IMG/VR virus record: IMGVR_UViG_3300032294_002517
Location: 1-47,107 of that record
Strand: one strand, 5' to 3'
Source: a virus
Taxonomy: Duplodnaviria > Caudoviricetes
Length of the DNA: 47,107 bases
Below the pieces are notes generated by a model. The model had not been told where the DNA came from. It searched no databases and saw only the letters and a list, made by a program, of their open reading frames with translations. Shown here piece after piece: positions 38,451 to 46,697 of this stretch (the first letter of the stretch is position 1; every line of letters starts with the position of its first letter). Made by a program: the position numbers and the translations under genes.

Positions 38451-38681
38451 ATGAACAAACCAACGGTCACGCCGGAACAAATAGCCGGCGATATGTACTA
38501 TTTTGCTGGTGGCAAAATCATGAAGCGAAAACTAATTGGGGCGCGAGTGCGATCGCTTCATGATATGTCCACGTTTGGCAAAGTTCACCCTTCCCAGCAA
38601 TGGCATAGGGTATGGGATAGAACCGAGGATGGATGGAAGTTTGTGGGGTTACAATTTGGTAGAGAGCCAATAGTAAATTAA
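38451..38681 (+). CDS. hypothetical protein
   Basis: 76-aa ORF 6 bp after csf1. Confidence 0.5.
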   Translation: MNKPTVTPEQIAGDMYYFAGGKIMKRKLIGARVRSLHDMSTFGKVHPSQQWHRVWDRTEDGWKFVGLQFGREPIVN

Positions 38682-38693
38682 TGCGAAAATATC

Positions 38694-38906
38694 ATGACTA
38701 ATTCTGTTGATGAATACGCAAAAACACTAATTGAATATTGGGAAGAAGGGATCAAGGATAATCAATTTAGAGAGTGTTCTTGCTCCTACGAGGAATATGT
38801 AAAATCTTGCTGCTTTTTTGTCTCAACAAGAGAGTCAATGGATATAAAATTAGGAGTCAGAATCTTTGAGATATTAGCTTTTATGAGAGACGCTTGCAAC
38901 GAATAG
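38694..38906 (+). CDS. hypothetical protein
   Basis: 70-aa ORF. Confidence 0.45.
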   Translation: MTNSVDEYAKTLIEYWEEGIKDNQFRECSCSYEEYVKSCCFFVSTRESMDIKLGVRIFEILAFMRDACNE

Positions 38907-38967
38907 CTATTATATTAAAGCCCTTGTCAGTAGTGGGAAAAATCAGATCAACTTCACATAACCCACT

Positions 38968-39360
38968 ATGGTTCAGGTCAACTGGAATAAAATCAACATC
39001 CCCCGCAAACAGACGGCGACTCTTACATGGTCCGCTGACCACGCCGCGCTAGTTCATGAGGGGGCAACTTTACGCAACGGAACAGAATTACCTCCCCGTC
39101 CCTGGGTAGATGAAACGGTTCAACAATTTAACGCCCCCGAAAGTTATGCGGAAAGTTTTCAAAAATCGGAAGATTTTGCACAGGCATTTACGGAAATGGC
39201 GATCGCATTTGGTGAGACGGCGCAGGAAATTATAGAAACGGAAATGTGGGAATGGCCACGCCAAACCATCAGACAAAACGGAACGGTAGCAGGTTCACCG
39301 CGTGACATTGTGGATACTGGAGAACTGCGCGACTCATACACAATCGAGGTGAACCAATGA
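38968..39360 (+). CDS. neck/tail completion protein (HK97 gp10-like)
   Basis: A.LVHEG, PPRPW, PRDIVDTGELRDS. Confidence 0.75.
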   Translation: MVQVNWNKINIPRKQTATLTWSADHAALVHEGATLRNGTELPPRPWVDETVQQFNAPESYAESFQKSEDFAQAFTEMAIAFGETAQEIIETEMWEWPRQTIRQNGTVAGSPRDIVDTGELRDSYTIEVNQ

Positions 39361-39734
39361 CAACAGCCGCAGAATTACGGGCAAAACTCACCACGCTGTT
39401 AGCACCGGAACTTGGTAAATATTCCAATAACCAGCCGTCCATCTGGGTTTACGGATCAAACGTAGATCCACCATCTGCTAGTGACGGGCTGGAATGCTTG
39501 ATCAAACAAATGCCGTCTGGCGCGTCTCAAAGTTCAAGTGGCGGACAAAGATACAAACCTCAGCAGTTTGAAGTCACCCTGAAAAACTTTAAAAAATCTT
39601 CTAACTTAATCAAGGCACTGGAGAAAATCGAGATTCATTTTGTAGTCCAACGCTATACTCATTTCCCGTTTAGCCCAACAACAATCGAACAGGCGAGAAT
39701 TTTGGTTTTCGCTCCAAAAACTATAAATATTTAG
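39357..39734 (+). CDS. tail terminator-like protein
   Basis: synteny and size; ELRAKL..LL N-terminus. Confidence 0.6.
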   Translation: MTTAAELRAKLTTLLAPELGKYSNNQPSIWVYGSNVDPPSASDGLECLIKQMPSGASQSSSGGQRYKPQQFEVTLKNFKKSSNLIKALEKIEIHFVVQRYTHFPFSPTTIEQARILVFAPKTINI

Positions 39735-39772
39735 ACATGGGAAAGCTATAGAAAATTCTCACAGGAATTACT

Positions 39773-40483
39773 ATGACTCGTCCCGTGCAAGATATTATTC
39801 TTCAGGATTACACCCTTGATATCCTACTTTTAGCAGCAAATAGCAGGGCTGTCACTAGAGCCACAATTACCGCAGATGCCGCAGCCGCAGTTGGTGACAC
39901 TACCATTAGTTTGACCGCAGCCAGTAGCACCGTAATTAAAGCAGGTACTTCTATTAGTTTTGCGGCTGCGTCTGGTGCTACCGAACGTCAGCAAGTGCTA
40001 TTTACTGCTAACGCTACGATTACCGCCACTGCGGCTAGTTTTGCAATTGCACCTCTCAAGAAAGCGATCGCAGATTCTTCCGTCGCTAGTTTTGTCGTTG
40101 GTACTGTGCCATTGTTCGGAATTCAGACAATGGATAAAACCAACCAAGAAACCCAAGTTGACACCACTAATTTCCAAAGCGGTTCAGGCACAGAAATGTC
40201 CATTGTTCGGAATGCCCGGACATTGAATATTTCAGGAATCGTCAAAGCCGGCGATTTAGCTTACGTGGACATTATCAAAAAAGTTTCCGACAATCCTGCA
40301 TTCTTGAATAGGGAAATTTACGCGATTGCGACCTTACCGGACGGCGAAAAATTTGAGGGCGCGACTAAACTCATGGGATTGAACGAACCAGCGAACCAGA
40401 ACGAAATCAAAAAATACACTTTTAATCTAACTTTCCAAGGTGACTCATTCATTTGGACACCTGGTTATTACGCTGCTGCATAA
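39773..40483 (+). CDS. major tail tube protein
   Basis: VDTTNFQSG, LNISG, YTFNLTFQG tail-tube motifs. Confidence 0.8.
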   Translation: MTRPVQDIILQDYTLDILLLAANSRAVTRATITADAAAAVGDTTISLTAASSTVIKAGTSISFAAASGATERQQVLFTANATITATAASFAIAPLKKAIADSSVASFVVGTVPLFGIQTMDKTNQETQVDTTNFQSGSGTEMSIVRNARTLNISGIVKAGDLAYVDIIKKVSDNPAFLNREIYAIATLPDGEKFEGATKLMGLNEPANQNEIKKYTFNLTFQGDSFIWTPGYYAAA

Positions 40484-40722
40484 TGCAACTTTTGACTGAC
40501 AAAACACAAGTATTGGCAGTTTTAATAAACTGCCGACTTGATGGCAATTATATCAAGTGTGGCGCGGCTGTATTTAGGGGTGGGATGTCTGGAGAAATTG
40601 AAGTTTCAAACGAGTCCCAAAAGTTTAAAATCAAAATCCCTGAATCAGCCCAAAATTGCGCCACACATCAAATTTTCTCTGACAAAAACGATAACCTAGA
40701 AATTGAATTATGCGCCCAGTAA
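40483..40722 (+). CDS. hypothetical tail-region protein
   Basis: TAATG coupling gives start at 40483. Confidence 0.6.
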   Translation: MQLLTDKTQVLAVLINCRLDGNYIKCGAAVFRGGMSGEIEVSNESQKFKIKIPESAQNCATHQIFSDKNDNLEIELCAQ

Positions 40723-41564
40723 TTAACAGAAAATCTCGTTCCGAAGTAGTAGCAATTGGTGATGAAAATATTGGTATTATTTACTTAGAAAAACGTGGGT
40801 TTGTTTCCGTTGGGGAAAGAATGGAAATAGATGAATATGAACTAAGCAGAAGCAAAGCCCAAATTGTTGCCACAAAATTAATTAAGACTATTGCCAAAGA
40901 TAGAAACATCAGTTTTGAATCTGCACAGGAATTATTGTCGCCAAAACCCGTTGATGGTGTGGCAGTGGATAACAGCGATATTGTTTATGATTACGTGGAA
41001 GAGTTTGCGGAATTGCAGTCATTAAGCGCAGTTAATAGCAATACTTTAGCTGTGGCGATTGCAACTATTTTCATTCAGAATCGCGCTGCATATCCCATTC
41101 AAATTGATTACGACGCTGTTATTAATGCCACTGCATTAGACATCATTCCGCAATCACTCAACCTCAAAAATAAACAACAAATTGCATTTGGTGGGGTCAC
41201 TGGACAAAAGGTAATTATTAAAGGTAATCAGTCTAGCGATGTTTCTGTAATTCAAGTTGAACCCATTGAACAGCCACTTACAGAAGGCGATATTGGCTTT
41301 TTAGTAGATGGCAGAAAATATATTGTCGGTTCTGATGAGTGGACAATCGAAGATACAAAATCACTTGATGAAAGCCTGGTATCAGCAATCTATGAGTTCT
41401 ATCAAAATGAGCGTTTAGGCTGGGTAAAACCTGAACCCGTTGCAACTACAAGCGAGGAGGAAACGGCGGGGGAGTCCCTACAATTGACTGGAACGGACTC
41501 TACTGGAGAATCCAATACTACGGAATTGGAGACAGCCGATTTAGTAGTTACGACAGCTTCCTAG
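40710..41564 (+). CDS. tail assembly chaperone (gpG-like)
   Basis: after tail tube; slippery GGGGGAG at 41468-41474 near its end. Confidence 0.7.
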   Translation: MRPVINRKSRSEVVAIGDENIGIIYLEKRGFVSVGERMEIDEYELSRSKAQIVATKLIKTIAKDRNISFESAQELLSPKPVDGVAVDNSDIVYDYVEEFAELQSLSAVNSNTLAVAIATIFIQNRAAYPIQIDYDAVINATALDIIPQSLNLKNKQQIAFGGVTGQKVIIKGNQSSDVSVIQVEPIEQPLTEGDIGFLVDGRKYIVGSDEWTIEDTKSLDESLVSAIYEFYQNERLGWVKPEPVATTSEEETAGESLQLTGTDSTGESNTTELETADLVVTTAS

Positions 41565-41857
41565 AACAACCCGACTACGTGGTTTTTGATTGTGTTAACA
41601 ACCTTGAAAAACTGCGTAGGGAAAAGGCAAATACAGAAGCCAGGGTACACGCGATTGGGTGGTCTGGCTTGTTTAATGCTTTCAAAGGTAAAGACGACGC
41701 ACCAATGGAGTTTATAGACTTATTGCCGTTTGTTGATGATATTAGGAGTGATCGGAAACGGATAAGTCTAGCCACTGAAAAGGTCATTAAAAAGTTGGTC
41801 AAAAACGAATCTTTACCAACTCAAATATTATCTATTTTGGGGATGTTGCTAGAATGA
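41468..41857 (+). CDS. -1 frameshift extension of the tail chaperone (gpT-like)
   Basis: -1 frame open from 41468 (GGVPTIDWNGLYWRIQYY...) through the 41579 ORF. Confidence 0.7.
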   Translation, partial: GGVPTIDWNGLYWRIQYYGIGDSRFSSYDSFLEQPDYVVFDCVNNLEKLRREKANTEARVHAIGWSGLFNAFKGKDDAPMEFIDLLPFVDDIRSDRKRISLATEKVIKKLVKNESLPTQILSILGMLLE

Positions 41858-41929
41858 TCTGTGATATAATCGTCGCATATATTGAACTTTTATAGCACTG
41901 CTATCTCCTTCTTGGCCTCCAGATGCCTT

Positions 41930-42673
41930 TCACCCCGTCTCCTTGGACGGGGTTTTGTTTTGAGCTAAGAATGTATTGAGTATTTTTAGTAACTCTAAAA
42001 CAGCGTCACCAGATATTTGATCACGGTTTGATAATTGCAATAGTTCACGCCCCAATAATTCGTGATTTAATTCAACTAAATTAACGACTACAGGGTGCTT
42101 TGACTTCAGTATTAATGCTTTATTGATAGCGTCAAATTTCCAGTACAGCGACACATCTATTAGTATTGAATCCTTCTGAAAACTCAAAACTAATGATTGT
42201 GTAATGTACCATGCGCTACAATCATTAGTTTTGATTTTTCCGTCGTTATCTTCAATCAGAGTAACTAGATTGGGCTTCAGTTCTTCTAATTCCTGTTCTA
42301 GTGATTTCTGAATCATCTTTATCTCTTTATACCGTGCGAGATATTGGCTTTTGTCGTAGCCTAAATCAATAATAGGTGATTCAGAGTCAACATCATTATT
42401 GTTTAGCGGTGGGTTGAATTTCTGGATGTATTCATGTTCCCATTCCTCTAAATCATCTAAGTCATTCCACGTCAAATAACTGATGTATTGCACGTTGTTG
42501 ATGATAAGATCGCTTGTATCGTGGTGTTTAAATACATCTTGTAAACTGGATGAAATGCCGATATACCAGACACGATATGCAGCATCACAGGCGAAATAAA
42601 TGCCGGGTGAGTCAGGTAAATTATGAGCGTTATTTAGTGTGACTTTAGCGAGTTTCTTGATTGTTAGGTTCAT
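41930..42673 (-). CDS. GIY-YIG domain protein, possibly chimeric
   Basis: LPDSPGIYF...WYIG...E.EYIQKFNPPLN; expected catalytic Arg not evident. Confidence 0.75.
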   Translation of the reverse strand: MNLTIKKLAKVTLNNAHNLPDSPGIYFACDAAYRVWYIGISSSLQDVFKHHDTSDLIINNVQYISYLTWNDLDDLEEWEHEYIQKFNPPLNNNDVDSESPIIDLGYDKSQYLARYKEIKMIQKSLEQELEELKPNLVTLIEDNDGKIKTNDCSAWYITQSLVLSFQKDSILIDVSLYWKFDAINKALILKSKHPVVVNLVELNHELLGRELLQLSNRDQISGDAVLELLKILNTFLAQNKTPSKETG

Positions 42674-43018
42674 TGGCTTTGAGTGTGATTTTGTTGTTTT
42701 ATTCTTGATTTAATAAAGTCTCGCAATTCTATCTCTACCGCGCCATTATTTATTGCTAATTGCCTTTTAGATGGCGTTAGATCGTAGTGGGGAAATTGAT
42801 GCGCTTTCCGTTGATTATTCTGAAAATAAGATTGTTTTAACCCTATTTTTTGAGCCATTTCATGCAGTTCGGTCAAGTCACTAGAATCCGTGAAAAGATG
42901 ACACCACTGATTGCCATGCTTTTGCGCTTGGCGTGTTTTTGGTGTCATTGTAAAAGGCTATCTACGTATACTGTCATAGCGTGACTTCAGCGAGTTTCTT
43001 GATTGTTAGGTTCATTGG
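42639..43018. repeat. 38-bp direct repeat (42639-42676 and 42981-43018) flanking the DUF4031 gene
   Basis: one mismatch; equals the first codons of the GIY-YIG gene. Confidence 0.9.
42670..42948 (-). CDS. DUF4031 family protein
   Basis: WCHL..D...ELHEMA..IGL...FQ...PHYDL...R..AI..GA. Confidence 0.85.
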   Translation of the reverse strand: MTPKTRQAQKHGNQWCHLFTDSSDLTELHEMAQKIGLKQSYFQNNQRKAHQFPHYDLTPSKRQLAINNGAVEIELRDFIKSRIKQQNHTQSQ

Positions 43019-43019
43019 T

Positions 43020-43361
43020 TTAGTGTGCCACAAATAACATAACTCTGTTCTTTTCTGGGCTGATATTACAAGCTGCTAAAGTTCTATTCCCCCAAACTAG
43101 AAGCAATCCTAGCGGGAATTTATCAGCAATATCTGGTGTAATAATTTCTGCACTGTTAGCCGCTTTAGCAAATTCTATTACTTGTTGGTGAGATATAGAA
43201 TCAGTTGATAATGTATCTCCTGATTGGGTATCATGGTGTATTTGGATAGCGCGATCTCCTATCAAGTACAACCATCCAAATACAGATATTTTAGACATAA
43301 GCTCTGAGTGGAATAACCAATCATCAAGCCTTTTTTGGTTTTCGGTTCTTTGATCATTCAT
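43020..43361 (-). CDS. hypothetical protein
   Basis: AGGA RBS; 113 aa. Confidence 0.55.
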   Translation of the reverse strand: MNDQRTENQKRLDDWLFHSELMSKISVFGWLYLIGDRAIQIHHDTQSGDTLSTDSISHQQVIEFAKAANSAEIITPDIADKFPLGLLLVWGNRTLAACNISPEKNRVMLFVAH

Positions 43362-43447
43362 GGTTTAATTCCTGTTGATTGCTTATGGTAGAAAGAAAGA
43401 GGTTATTTCACTAACTGATACTTTTTCTGGTTGTTGGTTATTCATGA

Positions 43448-43892
43448 TTAACTTCTCCATTCAGCTTGTGCTGGGCTACACCATTTTTGCGTCCAATTCA
43501 AGTTCTCGGACATTGCGTAAACATAAGCCCATTCTTGCCAGTAAGCAGCTACAATTTCAGGTTCGCTGATGACAACTGCATTTTCTAAAGACCTTGTACC
43601 ATTTTGAGTGAAATTAAATGAACCAGTCCATACTTTGTAAGGAATTGATTTTTCGTTACAAAACAGCATGAACTTATGGTGCATCCTGGGCATGGCGGGT
43701 GATTTATCTGTGTTTAAGTTTCCAGCGCATCTAATAGCCTCACTTTCCCAAGGATCGTGCCTACCATGATTCACATACGTAACCGATCTAAATGGTAGCT
43801 TGGATTTGCCTTTTTCTCTGCTATTCCGGGCTGATAAAACAACTGAATTACCGTCTCTATCATTCTTGCCCTCATCCTCCCAATGATCGTCT
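43448..43892 (-). pseudogene. 5'-truncated phospholipase D-family nuclease
   Basis: MHHKF...WTGSFNFT...EN HKD-type motif; frame stays open up to the junction with the KilA-N remnant near 43890. Confidence 0.75.
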
Positions 43893-44240
43893 GAGGGATG
43901 CTGTGGCGTGCGATCGCTGTAGTGCCAGTTGACATCAAATTAAAAATATGTCCGTCACACCACACAGCAAAATCTGCGCTAATCCATCGAGCCAGGTTAA
44001 TTGCTAGACTAGGATGCCCCAAGTTCCCTGTAAATCGGGTTCTCCGCCTTGTACTACCTGCGTTACCACCATCTGGTGTGAACGCTCCAAGCAGTCAATA
44101 TATTCTTTGGTTTTCTGGGCTTTCATGAAAACATCAAGCCGTTTACCGTTTGCTTGACACATTTGGGTTAAATTAATAAACCCATTCTGACGGCGAGAAA
44201 TTACTTGTCCGTTGTAGTCAAATGTTGCTATGGTGTTCAT
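43890..44240 (-). pseudogene. KilA-N antirepressor, frameshifted and truncated
   Basis: GFINLTQMCQANGK...QGTWG | HPSLAINLARWISADFAVWCD split at a G-run near 44018; ends at IPQT. Confidence 0.85.
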
Positions 44241-44466
44241 AACAAAGTAACCCGCCTTTATCGGGTGAAAAACTAACCATTGGAACCACCGGAATACCGC
44301 AAATATTCCTGCGTGGTATGGTTTCAATAATTATATCATTGTTTCGATACTCTTATTAATTCTTCAATAACTTAGGATACAATATTATCCAGTCGCGTGA
44401 TGGTGTTGGTAGCACCGATTCACCACTGGCTGTAGGTCTTGTACACCCACATTGATATTATTCCCA

Positions 44467-46383
44467 ATGAAAACTATTAAAATCAAGGTCAAACTTTTTG
44501 CTGAACAGGCGCAATCATGCGATCGCTACCTAGAAGAATTGACATGGCTATGGAATCAGGTATTGGCTAATCAATTGCATAACCATTGCATCACCTGGTA
44601 CAACTGGGCTGGTAAGTTGAGCGCAGATTTAGCTAAGGCGACGGAAAAGTTAGAGAAGCTAAAACCGGAACAACAGCAGCTTGTTAGGAACTACTACCGC
44701 AGCAAAGACAAGCCAAAACTCAACAAAAAAGAACAGGAATTAGTTGCCAAATTTGATATATTTTCCCGGTGGTTGCCGTTTGACTTAGAAAATATTATTC
44801 CCGTACCTTTGCGAGTTGGCAACAGTGGCTACGAGGGCTTATCGTGCCAGATTGCTACAGGCGGAAGTTACTGGAAACGGGACGATAATTTTAATATTCC
44901 AATCAAAACCAAAAAGGGGATTATTCACGTCAAAGGGTCTAAATTGGTTAAGGGTGATTGCCCCTGGAAACGAATACAAATAACGCCGCATAATTATAAA
45001 ACTTTTCCCAGTGGTAAGTTTGAGGGGAGGGAATTAATAGATGTGATGAAGTTTGATAATTTGAACGGACTAAACGGGCTGAGAGCGATGCAGAATCTAC
45101 CTGATTTATCCGTTTCCTCGCACTACGTTGGAGGCTTGTTAGAGTTTTTTAAACAGTCATGGTTAGCGTTTTTAGACCCCAAAAGGGTGAATAGCAGGAA
45201 ACCAAAGTTCAAAAAAGACGCTGATAAAATTACCACCTTGTCGAATAATCAGTGTGCGCCAAATAAGATAGACGTGGCGAATGATTGGATTGATATTACT
45301 GGGTTCAATAAGTTGATTGTTGCTGACAAGAACTGGGTTAAAAGATTAAACATAGACGAGGTTCTACCCAGGACGTATATGCTCACGAAAAAGACATCAG
45401 GGTATTACATAAATATCGTCGTTGCTCATCCATTACAAGAAGAAAAAGCAGCTTTAACAAAGAAATTACTCAAGGTCAAAAAAGAGTTTGGCGAAGATAG
45501 TCAAGAGTACGAAGATACTAAGTCTAAAATCAAATTTATTGAACAACAAATCAAAGATTCATCAATTACACAAGGTAAGAATTTAAGCGCAGGGATTGAC
45601 CCTGGGGTACAGGCTACTGTGGCGACGGATCATGGGGCGCTGTTTCTCCCAAATCTAAGCAGGGAGCGCGTGTCAATCCATATCGAGGAACTACAATCAA
45701 AGCTTGATAATCTTGAGTTAATTAATGATAAAAAGTGGAAAGATTCAGGGCGCAAAGGTACTCGACCTAAGACAAAAAACGAGATTAAGATACAAGATAA
45801 AATTACCAGATTGCATGAACGTGGTGCTAATTCTTCTAATGCCTTTAATCATAAAATGTCAACTAGATTAAGCAGGACTTACGAGCATATAGCATGGGAA
45901 GATACCCAGCTAACTAATCTTCTGAAACAAACAGAAGCTAAAGCATTACCTGAAGGCGTGGGATATGCTCACAATGGTGCGTCTGCTAAACGGGGTTTAA
46001 ATTGGATTATGAGACAAAGATGCTTAGGTGATTTAAAAACTAAAACTAAGCAAAAAGTTGAGAATAGAGGCGGTAGTTTTCATGAACCACCTGCTAACTA
46101 CAGTTCTCAATTGTGCCATTGTTGTCATCAAAAAGGTGAACGATTATCACAGTATGAGTTTATCTGCAAAAACTCTGATTGTGAGTTATTTGAACAGGTG
46201 CAACAAGCTGACACTAATGCTGCTAGAAACCACAAACATAATAGTAGTTTTGAGCTAGGAGAAGTCAAATATCACAACACTAGATTAATCTATCAGAAAC
46301 CCAAAAGATTTAAAAAGAAACGCTTGACAAAGCAGATGGTTTTAGTTAATATTAATTTACCGCAGTTTGGACGGGATGACTAA
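44467..46383 (+). CDS. c2c8: type V TnpB-derived CRISPR effector, C2c8 (V-U2)-like
   Basis: TnpB-type N-terminus, RuvC GIDPG / WED / ADTNAA, CHCC..C zinc finger, about 638 aa, adjacent to an array, no cas1/cas2 in the window. Confidence 0.75.
   Translation: MKTIKIKVKLFAEQAQSCDRYLEELTWLWNQVLANQLHNHCITWYNWAGKLSADLAKATEKLEKLKPEQQQLVRNYYRSKDKPKLNKKEQELVAKFDIFSRWLPFDLENIIPVPLRVGNSGYEGLSCQIATGGSYWKRDDNFNIPIKTKKGIIHVKGSKLVKGDCPWKRIQITPHNYKTFPSGKFEGRELIDVMKFDNLNGLNGLRAMQNLPDLSVSSHYVGGLLEFFKQSWLAFLDPKRVNSRKPKFKKDADKITTLSNNQCAPNKIDVANDWIDITGFNKLIVADKNWVKRLNIDEVLPRTYMLTKKTSGYYINIVVAHPLQEEKAALTKKLLKVKKEFGEDSQEYEDTKSKIKFIEQQIKDSSITQGKNLSAGIDPGVQATVATDHGALFLPNLSRERVSIHIEELQSKLDNLELINDKKWKDSGRKGTRPKTKNEIKIQDKITRLHERGANSSNAFNHKMSTRLSRTYEHIAWEDTQLTNLLKQTEAKALPEGVGYAHNGASAKRGLNWIMRQRCLGDLKTKTKQKVENRGGSFHEPPANYSSQLCHCCHQKGERLSQYEFICKNSDCELFEQVQQADTNAARNHKHNSSFELGEVKYHNTRLIYQKPKRFKKKRLTKQMVLVNINLPQFGRDD
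46324..46352 (+). promoter_or_regulatory. promoter for the tracrRNA, inside the effector 3' end
   Basis: TTGACA-17-TAATAT. Confidence 0.7.
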
Positions 46384-46508
46384 CTTGTTTAGTCTATGGC
46401 TTGATGAGTTTAGGCTCAAAAAGCAAGAGAGATGGCGACTACTCTTATAGACCAGCCGGAACTATGGCTGGCAGACTCTCAAAGGGATTACCGAACTTGC
46501 AATTTTTT
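46359..46508 (+). ncRNA. predicted tracrRNA
   Basis: four hairpins, then anti-repeat CAGACTCTCAAAGGGATTACCGAACTTGCAAT (46472-46503) and T6. Confidence 0.7.
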
Positions 46509-46697
46509 GGCGAACCATAAGCGCGGTCAAAAACCTCGGACATTCGCCAAAATCTCAGAACCTAGACAAGCAAAGGGATTAGGGCGGTCTTTGCAGAATA
46601 TTAAAAGGGATTGAAGCGGCTAAAATAGACTTTTTGATCCGATCTGCCAAAACAGGCTTCAGGATTCAGCTATGTCAAGGGTTCTAGATCCCGGCTT
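46509..46697 (+). promoter_or_regulatory. CRISPR leader resembling cyanobacterial type I-D leaders
   Basis: GCGAACC...TCAAAAACC...TTCGCCAAAATC...GCCAAAA motifs upstream of repeat 1. Confidence 0.6.

Noticed and set aside
175-46258. Many short antisense or nested ORFs in the track (e.g. 1806..2093, 4392..4790, 11509..11868, 22221..22511)
   Set aside because: They are shadows of longer, motif-bearing genes.
44467-46383. Cas12k of a CAST
   Set aside because: Size is similar, but the RuvC D/E/D residues are intact, the repeat is not the GGGTTGAAAG type and no tns genes are in the window.
46432-46614. 60-aa ORF after the effector
   Set aside because: It overlaps the predicted tracrRNA and leader and has no coding signal.
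46566-46617. Second anti-repeat or degenerate repeat in the leader
   Set aside because: AAAGGGATT matches are short, lack a following terminator and fall within leader-like sequence; 46472-46503 is the better candidate.
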